A DNA stretch of 62,816 bases, the filler included, from Basidiobolus ranarum (lineage: Eukaryota), in the NCBI GenBank assembly GCA_040143965.1. It is 19 parts of 19 records of this genome, joined end to end, with 100 filler letters (N's around TTAATTAATTAA, not from the genome) between each part and the next. Parts side by side here need not be neighbours in the genome. Positions count along the whole stretch, not along the records: positions 49,710 to 52,911 come from JASJQH010002653.1; positions 53,012 to 56,213 come from JASJQH010002654.1; positions 56,314 to 59,515 come from JASJQH010002655.1; positions 59,616 to 62,816 come from JASJQH010002656.1; 15 more parts are not named here. One strand, written 5' to 3'. Below, piece by piece: positions 50,975-62,816 of this stretch. The notes below the pieces were generated by a model that saw only the letters and a list, made by a program, of their open reading frames with translations, made no database searches and had not been told where the DNA came from. Each line of letters begins with the position of its first letter. The first letter of the stretch is position 1. Position numbers and translations under genes: made by a program.

Positions 50975-52054
50975 ACTTCAGAAGAGTCAAGGCTGATGAA
51001 TAGAACGGCTATACGGCCTGGTTATATAGCCACTAGAGCTGACACACTTGGAATGAAATTCGCATTAAAAACCTCATATTCGTTGAACTCAACTTCGAAT
51101 GCACCATGAAAGAAACTCTATATAGAACGTTCGATTAGCGACGTATTAAGGACCGGGGTTTGGTATCTCCATCTGAGCCAGAGCAGTGGTAAGAGGCTAA
51201 ACGAAATGTTTCTAGATTTCCAGCTCCAATTACGAATGTAGACGGTGGGAGGCAAGCAATTGTCCACGATATTAATGCATATATATGGTGTTTGTTAAGG
51301 CTAAATATAGCCAAACACGACAGACAGATAGCTACCAAGTGGAGGCAACCGAATGACATCAAAATGATAATATATATGACTCTGTTTGTGGCCAGATAAC
51401 AAAACCCTAACATCGGTGAGAGTTGGTCCGTGTATCTTCAGATTATTTCTTAATAAAAATATCTACCATATCGGAATAGATTATCATACCCAATTCGAAC
51501 CACCAAGTTAGTAGATTTACAGATAACCGCCAAAACGATATCATCAATTGCAGTTGGCTCAGACCACTCTTAGACTGGTGTGGAAGCTGACTTGGGGTCT
51601 ATTGTGAACGACTCTGGTGAAAATGGTAAAGCCACGGTTAATACGGATATGATACGGAAAACAGCTCGTATTCAGAGGAGCTAATATTCTCATTCATATC
51701 ATCGTTACCCTAATCGAGATGTCTAAAGTAAGGGTTAGTTTGTTGTTATATATTCGAATATTAGCATAAGTAGATACCTAAATAAACATTTGAGGATCGT
51801 CCTTACATAGAAAATTTCCTCTATTTTTCACTTTTAGCGATCAAATTATACTCGCAATGGACAAAAAAAGGGTAGGATTACAAATACTTGTATTCATTAC
51901 TGTGAGACCTACACAACTACTGCACAGAAAATATGAATGCACTATTGATAGGTTTATGGTTAACAGAATAATTAGGATGAAACACGGTGATTTTCTTACA
52001 ATTCTATTCCGCTGAAACACTGTATTTTTCTTACAATTTTATTCGGCTATCATT

Positions 52055-52480
52055 GGCTATATTTAGCTTTAACAAACAAAGCGCATTTGCCATATATATG
52101 CATTAGCATCATGGACAATTGCTTGCCTCCCACCGTATGCTTTCATAATTGGAACTGGAAATCTAGAAACATTTCGTATAATCTCTTACCACTGCTCTGG
52201 CTCTTTTAGTTAATCTGGTTCGGATGGAGATACCAAACCCCGGTCCTTAATACGTTGCTAATCGAACTTTCTCTATGGAATTTCTTTCATGTTGCATTCG
52301 AAGTCGAGTTCAACAAATATGAGATTTTTAATGCGAATTTCATTACATATATTACAAGTATAATCAATGCTATAATATGAAAGCAGTTTCAAACACCGCG
52401 GCATATGTCTTGACTGATAGCTCTTATCAGGAGAGTTATTACTTTTCTACAGCGAGTCCAATTGTTTAGGCAAAGAGGTA
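52055..52480 (+). pseudogene. Inverted, internally deleted partial copy of the 50327-50974 gene (promoter piece fused to a frameshifted CDS piece)
   Basis: 52055-52345 matches the reverse complement of 51050-51312; 52347-52480 matches the reverse complement of 50485-50615 with a 1-nt deletion. Confidence 0.85.
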
Positions 52481-53239
52481 AACTGATTGAAATCAAGTAT
52501 AATATTAATAGAGTTTACGAGAAGATCCTTTTAAGCAAAGAAGAGGAGAAATAGAGTGATTGTCTCTAACGCTAACCCCATGAATATGTAGTGCTTTCTT
52601 TTACACCATTGTTAATATTTAGCATTTTTATGTGTGGATTATGCTTTATTATTTGTTATAATTTGTAATATTTGTAGAGTGGTTAATCAAATTCCTGATC
52701 TACTTAGTTCCGCTTTTAGGTACTTTTGGAAGAAAGAGACATAATGATGATTCATTAGTGTGTAATGGGCACCGGGTACATCAATGTAATTATTGGGCTT
52801 TCGCGAGAAACCATCCCATTCAACCAATCTTCTTTCTTACCAGCTAAAGGAATGCTATAAAATACAGAGACTCGTTCTACATTTCCGCGGGGTTCATAAT
52901 TACGCCCCCATNNNNNNNNNNNNNNNNNNNNNNNNNNNNNNNNNNNNNNNNNNNNTTAATTAATTAANNNNNNNNNNNNNNNNNNNNNNNNNNNNNNNNN
53001 NNNNNNNNNNNTATGAAAGAAGCTACACTCTAATATGAAATGAAAGTGAACGGTGAGCCACAGTTTAATAATTATGGCCTCTCATATTAACATTTGGCGT
53101 TTAGGTACTAATAGTCGGAATCTATTGAGAGTAGACAGTCATTGAATTCTAGACACAAGATATAGCTCTTGACAACGAGCGACTCTGAGGTAGCTGCGTG
53201 GAGAGGGTGGTCCCTGGATTAAAAAGTGTTTTCTTCACA

Positions 53240-53780
53240 ATCAGTCACCAATACTGCTCTGAGTATACACATCACATCCAAGGATGTCAAGGATAATATG
53301 AATATAATCTTGGCTGTAAAAGCAGGCCGTGAGCCCAGGAGATAGAAGGGTCAGGCAGAAAGCATCAACCAACTTTGTGTTACTGGCAAGGAGCTGATAT
53401 CTCGTCTGATGACACCTGTCAACATAATGTCTCTGCAGTTGGATGGCATTCTGATTGGAATCAGATGCAGTGTCAATTGTCGCCAGATATTGCACTGATT
53501 CACAGATATGTAGTGAAGATGTATCAGTTCACAGTGGAATATTTCAACTTGTATGAGGTTGAAATGTTCATGTGAATCTGGCTGTTCCACTAGAAATCGC
53601 ATCCTATGTCAACAAACAAAAGCTACATGAGGAAGTTTCATTTGCATACTGAACATGCTTTCCAATGAGAAACTTGAGGCTTCTTCAAAATCATACCAGA
53701 TCTGACACAGCGCCATGAAGATGCTCAACAAGGATTAATGGATACCAAACACTCACGTTGAGCTTGAACTAAGCGTACAA
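53240..53780 (-). mobile_element. Possible highly degenerate Tc1/mariner transposase remnant
   Basis: AISGDN (cf. IVTGDE) and LLSPGLTACFY (cf. YSPDLAPCDY) lie in different frames with many stops. Confidence 0.3.
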
Positions 53781-54399
53781 CGTGCTAAGCAATATAGCCA
53801 ATCTTCTACACAATCATGTACGCACACTTGGTATTATCCTTGGCTGGTAGTTTTCACTTGCTCCTTGACGTGAATGTATACATATACTTACCAAGGGATA
53901 TCACAAGTAATGCTCACATAAATAGTCATTGGGTGCTTTAATGGACCACATGCAATGAAGGAAACATCACCGCTATTAATAGGCTTACATCGGAATTCAA
54001 GTAAGCTGCCTTCATTAACCTAAAATGTAGCAGTGAATCCTTCTCAGAGCTTCCGATTTAGGCTCTCCTGTTTTACTGCTTGATCCCAAAAGGTGGTGCC
54101 CATATTGGGTAAGTGAACTAAGGCTATCACACATGACTGCAGCTAGTTGCAGTTTTTGCCTCAAAGATATAAGAAGCATCCAAATCTCAGTGGCTTTATT
54201 GTTAGGTCTGCTTTCACGCAACAGACACATATCAATACACAGTGCAGTAACAAATAGACCTCTAATTCATGGCTTGAAACTTTCTACGTTGTCACATCTG
54301 TAAAGTACGAATACCCGCTCTTAACCTCCGTCCCTTTACCAAGCACTACCTATTGTAGAATCCCTTTATTCTTTCCTGTCGAGGAATATCGGGCTTGAA

Positions 54400-55800
54400 A
54401 TGATGTTCCCCACTCTTGGTCAGAATTTGGCGTGTGCAGCACTTGTGTTCCATTTCGCGATTGTCATAGTAACCACCACCATATTCCTCTATAATCGTCA
54501 CAAGTTCAACCATCGACCACATAGACTTATTTTGCTAGGTGCTGTTGGAAATTTGATTATTTCCGGAGCGTACTACTGTCGACTTATATTCTGGATGGGG
54601 TTCTCCTGTACTTTGGTGATTTGGGGAACTTATCTTGGCTCCGCTTTGTATTTCCTCCCATTCATGGCGCGTGGAATTCAACTCCTGGTGGTAGTCAAAT
54701 TCAATACAGCCAAAGTACATGGTCAACTTCAGGATACGTTTATCGATGACAAGAACTCTTTTGAGCTTATGGAGCACGAGACCTATCGCCATTCTCACAT
54801 TTCCCGTCAAGCATACAACAAAGAGCGAGTGACGGATAAAAAGTTGACATTCCTAGTTGCCCTTTTTATATTCATTCTCATTTCGGCCATATCGGTGATG
54901 CAACTTGTTAGGATGCTGGAGCCTGGTTTTGATGAGTATACATTGTGTGGGTTTGGCTGGCATTATTTCCCATTCTTTGGTATGACAGGACTGTTCCTTT
55001 TCGTCTGTTGTCCATTGGTGATTTATTTCTTTTGGAATGTTAAAGATGCATATGGTCTCCGCAATGAATTGATTACCTGCGTGTTTCTTGGTCTACTGAT
55101 CTATCCCATGTATTTTGTATGGACACTTGTTCTCAAAGAACAGCTTAATTCCTCCTTCTCAAGTTATTATTTCATCGCCCTTTTCATGCTACTTTCTCAC
55201 GTTAATACTGTTGGGGTGCCGCTGGGCAGTCTAGCCTATCGTGCTAGGAAGTTGAGGACGATAGCGGCGTATGACTCTGCTCATTTTCATCGGATATTTG
55301 AGAGCCCCGAGATGCTTCATCACTTCCGGAGCTTCGCTTCAAGATACTTGTGCAGTGAAAACACCTGCTTCATCGATGATTTCCAGCTATTGAAGCAGTA
55401 TTGTGTTGTAGCCGCTCAATCCGGAACTAAGGGGAGCTCAATGGAAACACCTCTATTATCTGCTAAGCCTATATCAATATTCAAATCTCGACCACCAGCC
55501 ATAACCCCAGCACATGTCGGCATCGCCGCCACCATACGTAAATACTCGGACAAAGAGCCAGTTCCGGCGGAGCTACATATTCGATTTCTAAAGTTTTATC
55601 GTACTTACATACAACCAGGAGCACTACTTGAAGTTAACCTGTCAAGTAATGCTCACACGGCAATCTTTCGGCAAATACAAAATGGGCATATCACTTGGGA
55701 TATCTTCGACGAGTCCAAAGATCAAGTGCTCTCATTACTGTACGACAACGTATTTCCAGATTTTGTGCAAAATTATATTCGAAGGAAAGGAGTTGTATGA
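54400..55800 (+). CDS. 7-transmembrane protein with C-terminal RGS domain (GprK/AtRGS1-like), intronless
   Basis: About 7 hydrophobic helices including VKDAYGLRNEL. A split RGS box reads FRSFASRYLCSENTCFIDDF ... FYRTYIQPGALLEVNLSS...IFDESKDQVLSLLYDNVFPDF. Confidence 0.88.
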   Translation: MMFPTLGQNLACAALVFHFAIVIVTTTIFLYNRHKFNHRPHRLILLGAVGNLIISGAYYCRLIFWMGFSCTLVIWGTYLGSALYFLPFMARGIQLLVVVKFNTAKVHGQLQDTFIDDKNSFELMEHETYRHSHISRQAYNKERVTDKKLTFLVALFIFILISAISVMQLVRMLEPGFDEYTLCGFGWHYFPFFGMTGLFLFVCCPLVIYFFWNVKDAYGLRNELITCVFLGLLIYPMYFVWTLVLKEQLNSSFSSYYFIALFMLLSHVNTVGVPLGSLAYRARKLRTIAAYDSAHFHRIFESPEMLHHFRSFASRYLCSENTCFIDDFQLLKQYCVVAAQSGTKGSSMETPLLSAKPISIFKSRPPAITPAHVGIAATIRKYSDKEPVPAELHIRFLKFYRTYIQPGALLEVNLSSNAHTAIFRQIQNGHITWDIFDESKDQVLSLLYDNVFPDFVQNYIRRKGVV

Positions 55801-57090
55801 TTTCATTTTCATTGATTGTGTATATTTGATGAGTTGTTATCAACAATGGAAACCTTGTTGAAAGGAGCTATAACCAGGATTTGAAGATGCCACAACCTTG
55901 GTTGTTATTTTATTCTATTTCACAAAGCAGGTGTGAATGAAAGTCAACTGGTTTAGTTTATATCTTGAACATCCCTTGGGTTTCTTGTAACCACTTATTC
56001 TCTTGAATTGTATTGATAATCATTTTATATATCTGGCAAATATGTTTGTAATTTCTCCCATTATAGCAGCAGTACGCCAATTTGTCACACTGCATTATTA
56101 GATTTTGCCAATTCCTCTCTATACCCCTTCCCTTTCCTACCCTTCTATTCCTTTCTTTCCCTTCCCACTCCTCGAATGTGGTTTCATCTAAAACATATTC
56201 ACGCTTAATCAAANNNNNNNNNNNNNNNNNNNNNNNNNNNNNNNNNNNNNNNNNNNNTTAATTAATTAANNNNNNNNNNNNNNNNNNNNNNNNNNNNNNN
56301 NNNNNNNNNNNNNCAGATCCTCCCACACTTTTGGTTTGACTACATCAAAACCAGAAAATCTTAGATTTTGGAAATAATCAAGCCACAGCATTCAAAATCT
56401 ATATAAAAATGAATGGCAGATTGGTATATAGGTGTATTGGGATTAGAAGAAAATGAAGCACTATACACTAAAGCATACCATGTTCACAAAATACGGATTG
56501 ACGAACTTCATGAAATTATTTTGAGTGGAAAGAAAATGCAGTAGTCCTCTTTCTAAAAATCATTCTTAATACTACTACCAGATTTACCTAATACAACGAT
56601 AACCCTTTATTGCCAGGCAAAATCAATATACCTTTTCACCTTACGAAAATCCCAGGAATTTCAGGTTCAGTATACCTGAAGTGCTGAGAGAGCGAGAGAA
56701 TTCCTAACGTGCTATTTCTGCATCCGACGTTATTGGCCATTCTTGGTATCAAGTAAAATATAAGTTCATCTCTTGGTAATTTGACTATGTTTATAAGCAA
56801 TGACTGGTGAATAAATTTGAGTGAAGAAAATAAGCAAGCAGTCATTGCTATACAGATTTACCAACCAGCAAAAACATGCGATGATATAAAATAACGAAGA
56901 AAATTTATGAATGGCAGTCAAGTCACGTGTAAGACCCCATTCTCCACAACGTGGCAAATGATCTGGATGATTTGAACCAATAGAACGTTAGAAAAATGCA
57001 AAAGCTGGATGGAATAAAATAAACCGATCATCCTTTCGGATCCTTCTCTCTTTTCCAGTTGGTGATTAGCAAGACTAGAATTAATTAGCC

Positions 57091-57471
57091 ATGCCCGCTG
57101 CCAGACAAACCAAAGCCAAAAAGGTCACTTACAAGTTCACCGTGGACTGCAGTGGTCCTGCTAACGACAAGATTTTCGATGCTGCTGCTTTCGAAAAGTT
57201 CCTTCACGATCGCGTCAAGGTCCAAGGTCGCACCAACAACCTTGGAGATATTGTCTCCATTAACCGTGGTGAAGATGCCAAGATCACTGTTGTCTCTACC
57301 CAAGCTTTCTCCAAGCGTTATCTTAAGTATCTTACCAAGAAGTTCTTGAAGAAGCACAACCTTCGTGACTGGCTCCGTGTCATTGCCACCAACAAAACCA
57401 CTTATGAGCTCAGATATTTCAACATTGCTAACCAAGAGGAGGAAGAAGAAGAGGCTTCTGATGAGGAATAA
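57091..57471 (+). CDS. RPL22: 60S ribosomal protein eL22
   Basis: [35 protein letters not shown]...[25 protein letters not shown]...YELRYFNI plus an acidic tail. Confidence 0.97.
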   Translation: MPAARQTKAKKVTYKFTVDCSGPANDKIFDAAAFEKFLHDRVKVQGRTNNLGDIVSINRGEDAKITVVSTQAFSKRYLKYLTKKFLKKHNLRDWLRVIATNKTTYELRYFNIANQEEEEEEASDEE

Positions 57472-58005
57472 ATATCTTATCTCTACCAACCTTGTTAAAA
57501 ATTTATGAAATAAATGAGCAGGTCTCTTGTAGGTATTTGCTCAGACATTTATTAAATTCTGTGTCCTTTTGTATGACTCTGGTTCCGTCTATTTTATATT
57601 GTTTGGGATGGATGTATGGAGTATTTTAAGGATTGTCGTTTTTGTAACTGTATCTTCGCTATTTTATCCACGGCTAGAAGGGCTGGATCTGCATATTTAA
57701 CACAAAGTAGGTATATATTTCCAGTATTACAGAAGATTTGCTAGAGCCCACAGGCATATGGCGTTTATATATTCATTTATTCATATTGTTGCATATCAGG
57801 ATGGGTTGTTAATTAAAAGTATCAAGGAGATATTCGAGTGTCGAGATGGTCTATATAAATATGCTCCGGAAAAATTGAAGATTAATGCGATACTGTGGGC
57901 ATGTGAGCATAATATAGAAGCTTCATGTTTATATATATTGAAAAATACTGGTATATATGATGGGCTGAATTAAAGTGTAGCAATCATGAGCAGAGTTCAT
58001 CGAGT

Positions 58006-59497
58006 TTACTCTATATCTCCGTCGTTTTCGGTACCTTGTGTCAAATCCGTACTTTTTGAAGATTCAGTTGTATTCAACAGAGATTGAGTAAAGGAAGTCT
58101 CTTGTTCAGTGTCTTGTAATTTTGAATAATCGCCAGCAGTCTGAGTATTGACTCTATGTAAACGATATGCTGAGGCAACAACAATAAGTGTTGCGGCTCC
58201 AAACACGGCGATAATAGGATACATAGAGCTTATTATGGGTTGCTGAGATTTGGATGTAAGGTTAGGGTTTCGCGCCGCACCATGGGTCTCAATGTCCTCC
58301 GAGCGCTCCATGACTGGGTCATATCTAGCTCCATAGAAACTCAAACTCCAAGACTGCAGCGTCCCAACTTTGTCGAGATTTTGATCATCAACAATCAAAA
58401 GTGTCCAAGTACCTACAATAGACTCATCCCTAAAAACGGATTAGAAGAAAGGATAAAAAGCGGTTTCATAAACGATCTTACCAGTGCTTGACTGACATAA
58501 AAGTCCAATTTTCAAACCCCTCTTCACTTTCATCAAATTGACGACCTGGAGATAAGATTGAAGTCACATTGTTAGGTGAAATTAGATAGACCTCAATATC
58601 GCCTCGGCGCTGATGCTCTATATTCAAGGTGACCGTTACATGCTCCAGAAGATTTAGGAAATTCTTTCGTGCAACCTCAGCAGACATCACAAATTCTTGT
58701 TTAATTCCTGTGCTACTTGAGGGAATTCGTTGATTAACTTCAAGTGAACCAGAGCAGAGTTGTACTTGAGGCCCGATTGAATTGTAGGTTTTTGACTCCT
58801 CTACAATTCTATATGCATCTAATTTACCATAACCATATTTGTGATTGAATTTACGTCCAGACGTTGTTGGTTGCCAATCAGGATCATCTAGGGAGAAAGG
58901 TTGAGCAGTACGTACTGCAAGATGCTGAATATCTCTCCAATGGAGGTCAGGTCGAATAGACAGCACCAGAGCAAATAAGCCCGCAGCTAATGGTGCTGCA
59001 GCGGAAGTTCCACCATGTGAGTCGGTACAAGCCTCCTTACCTACATCTGTTGTATACTGATGTGATCACCGATTAGTATATTGTCATGAGTATTGATGTA
59101 CTAGAATTAGTTACAATTCCATCCCCTTCAGTACTGCTGCTGTATGTCACTGCTAGTTGGGCCGAGCATTGTTCGGAATAGAATGGGCGGTCATCGTAAC
59201 GATCAATGGCTCCAATAGATACCGTGTATATACTATTGGCATATCCATCAAAATTACAATTATCGCCATATTCTCCGCCATTTCCGGTAGCAAACACGAA
59301 TATACTGCCTTTTCCGCCTCGTCCTTTGGTGATCCCAGAAACCAGAGCATCAGATATAACTTTACTGGGCCCCTCCATTGATTTTCCATTATCAGGCGGA
59401 CCCCAACTACATGAATAAATGTGATTTTTCTGGTTCTCGTAAACTAAAGCCAATGCTTCATCTACATCACTGATGGGACCGGAGAGTATCCGAATTC
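58006..59497 (-). CDS. KEX2: Kexin-like proprotein convertase (S8B catalytic domain, P domain, TM), 3' part, with introns
   Basis: IYSCSWGPPDNG, GRGGKGSIFVFATGNGG, DNCNFDGYANSIY, HGGTSAAAPLAAG, LEHVTVTLNIEHQRRGD, WTFMSVKHW and a C-terminal TM. Introns at ~59060-59112 and ~58421-58480. Confidence 0.95.
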
Positions 59498-59615
59498 CTA
59501 CACGAACCCTTTGTGNNNNNNNNNNNNNNNNNNNNNNNNNNNNNNNNNNNNNNNNNNNNTTAATTAATTAANNNNNNNNNNNNNNNNNNNNNNNNNNNNN
59601 NNNNNNNNNNNNNNN

Positions 59616-61407
59616 GTATTGTCCGGTGACCGGGTTTACAGCATATTTCTGAGGGCATGAGTCGTCCTCGCCATGTGAATAGGAAGTGGGATAAGGGAAG
59701 GGGATCCCACGATTCGTTAAGAAGCCTATTGCATTGCCATACCCCACCCGATCCACAAACTTGGAAGAGTCCTGGTCGCATAGAATGAATAAGAACTCTC
59801 CGGCAGTATCCTTTGTGTGGCTCAAAACGCCCGTAGTCAACAATGAGATTAGAGAGTCAGAGAACCTTCGCCCTTTGCCTAACGGCTTGGAACGGTCACT
59901 GCAAAAGAACGAATTAGAAATGTAGAATATAAGATATATATAGCGTAACGAGTCCAACATATTATCCGGTAGTAAACACTCTTTCATCAAGGAGCAGGCG
60001 TGCAAGTTTTCCTTGGCGATATTATTCATAAGGATCAAAAGAGGAGGGAAAAACGTATCTAGAGAGGCTAAAAGATCTGATAAAGATTGGGATTCTTCTG
60101 AAAAACAATTATTCAATATAGATTTCAGCATTTCAATCAATGTCAACACTAGTATGTACGGTTCTTGGGAATCTTGCTGAAACCATAAAGGTTCTAAACT
60201 GGAAATTGTCATGTTGAGTAATACATGTATTGCATGAGAATGGGGAGGTGATACAGGAGCGGAGTTTTTGAATGGGATTTCTGTTATCACTCGGACTAAG
60301 ATAGGTATAAGGCTGAATACATAATATAAGTAATGCAAGTATTGTAAATAGTTTTAACGAAAGAGATGAAGTCCTCACCTGGAATACTTCAGCGACATTT
60401 TCTGCTTGGAAACCTCATCCTCGTCTGCTTTGTCTTTGTAATCAGAACAGGGAACATAGTTCGTTACCATGTTGAATAGCATTTTTAGATATTCACTGAT
60501 GATCATCACAGAGTTAAACTCCGAAAGTGACACCTCAGATCCCGAATTTATACATTGCCCTATTATCTAAATCAGTATGTTAGTAGCCGATTAAACTTGC
60601 AAGAATACTAATATTAAAGCACTAACTTCATCAATGGCGCTTAGAAAGTCACCGTTGTTTGCCAAAATGTTCACAACCTTTGGGCTCGAAACAGTTGATA
60701 AAAATAGAATCCGTCCGAACAGAAATTGCGAATCATTCGACAGAGAAGGAGACTAAAAGGATGTTTACATGTGAGAGTTTAGATTGGATAGGAATCAATG
60801 CTAAAAGAGTATTTACTTGAAATTTAGATACTAAAAGCTTTTCTCCTTCCAAACTGTGAAAAATTTCACGGGTTCTAGACTCAAGTAATAAGCAATTCGC
60901 CAAACATTTTAAGCTTTCGTGTATTACCGCGGAATCTCTATAACTTTCACTTAAAAGGTCAGCATGTCTCATCAACATACCAATACCCTGATAATAAATA
61001 TGTTGTAAGAAAATTTTCAGGATCAAGGAAAATAATCCTACACACTTCAGTAGTATAGAGGCTTTTTGCAGCCTCATAATCGCGGGATAACAACTTCAAG
61101 CTTTGCAATACCTGTAGTAAAGCTTTATGGTAAAGTTAGATTTAGAAAGTATAGAAAATAGCAGAGTAGATACGAGGTGAACCTTCTTGGCTCCATGGAG
61201 AGTATACTTCATCCCTAGCCAGGTCAGAAACTAATGTGGTGACTATTTTTTGCCTAGACTGTAGCTCGATAGCTAAGCAGAAGTACAATAAGCAGAGTTT
61301 CTATCTCGGAATATATGTAAAAAGTTACCTTGGTGTCCGGTAAGACTCAAGCTCGCTATGACAGCCTCAGAGCAATCCTTTTCTAGTAAGGAGATATAAG
61401 CGTCCAT
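59616..61407 (-). CDS. RIC8: Ric-8/synembryn G-alpha guanine nucleotide exchange factor, multi-exon, 3' truncated
   Basis: ATG at 61407; ESLKCLANCLLL; DRSKPLGKG; GEFLFILCDQDSSKFVDRVGYGNAIGFL..RGIP; VNPVTGQ. Confidence 0.88.
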
Positions 61408-62129
61408 GCTGTCTATAGAAACGACTTGGAGCCTAAATTTATGCATCCACTTTTGGTCATTTAAGTATCACCTCCCTATAACCAAACCATAAAAAGCAAT
61501 GCACTCAGTCTACATCCAGCTAACAATTTCTGGGATTTTCAATCTTTAAGGTTGCTGAATTTAATGGTGTGATTATAAATCGATGAAGATCATCAGGTAT
61601 CCTCTCCTTTGATCGCAATGAAATAAGATCGGTAATTGAAATAATATATTCTCCCAAAGCTAGGGCTAAGCTTCAATAGCTTACAAATAGAGTGTCTGTT
61701 CCTTACAAAAGTATCACCTGACTCATTCATATATATGATGATCAGAGTATATGCTTCAATGCTGGCATGATTCAACCATATAGTTTGTTTGTTGATCTAA
61801 TGAATAATAATCAAGTTAATTTAGCAGTCGCTCACTAGTAAATATCATAGCTTATTCTGAAAGTCAATATTATCTTAGACGTGGATCAAATCCGAATTTT
61901 ATTATCGCCAACAAACAGATTTGTTTACAGTTGGCTCATTCAAAACGAATGAAAATTCCGGGACTAAATAGATTGGCTTTTTATACGCTTAAAAAAGCAT
62001 TCGTTCGTACATAACTAAAGTACCAACAGGCGCGTCGAATATTAGAGAACCGTTACTTATTCCAAACAGTATCGTTACAGTAAACTTTCGTAACACGAAA
62101 GCTACTTCTTTTTTTTATAATTGCCAACC

Positions 62130-62816
<687 letters not shown>

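Noticed and set aside
3223-59615. Regularly spaced TTAATTAATTAA palindromes as a biological repeat array
   Set aside because: They are always flanked by 44 Ns on each side and separate length-sorted contigs, so they are an artificial six-frame-stop linker. ORFs ending in X runs are artefacts of it.
54400-61407. G-protein signalling cluster (7TM-RGS plus Ric8, with KEX2)
   Set aside because: The genes lie on three different contigs joined by linkers, so the proximity is an artefact of length sorting.

Overview
This window is not one locus. It is 19 unrelated contigs of about 3.2 kb, sorted by decreasing length (3222 down to 3201 bp) and joined by an artificial N44-TTAATTAATTAA-N44 linker, so adjacency across linkers means nothing. 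The DNA is AT-rich and eukaryotic, with short GT-AG introns and fungal-type genes. An early-diverging fungus (Zoopagomycota/Mucoromycota, e.g. Basidiobolus-like) is my inference, not a proven assignment. Host genes include VMA4, RPL22, KEX2, SMC3, Ric8, a Kel1/Tea1-like kelch protein, a Stc1-domain protein, a 7TM-RGS protein, a secreted I9 protease inhibitor and two tandem NRPS-like carboxylic-acid reductases. About a third of the contigs are nested, strongly CpG-depleted transposon debris (Ty1/copia with LTRs, PBS and PPT; CACTA; Harbinger/ISL2EU). A Helitron fragment and an 84-bp satellite occur on other contigs. The top candidate for a novel system is a tandem array of at least 3 intronless, secreted, bacterial-type CHAP peptidoglycan amidases whose catalytic regions differ only at synonymous sites, suggesting a horizontally acquired, domesticated antibacterial effector family. 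Secondary finds are a possibly viral uracil-DNA-glycosylase relic in the repeat debris, a CpG-decay signature specific to transposons, and an inverted partial duplicate of a secreted-protein gene.
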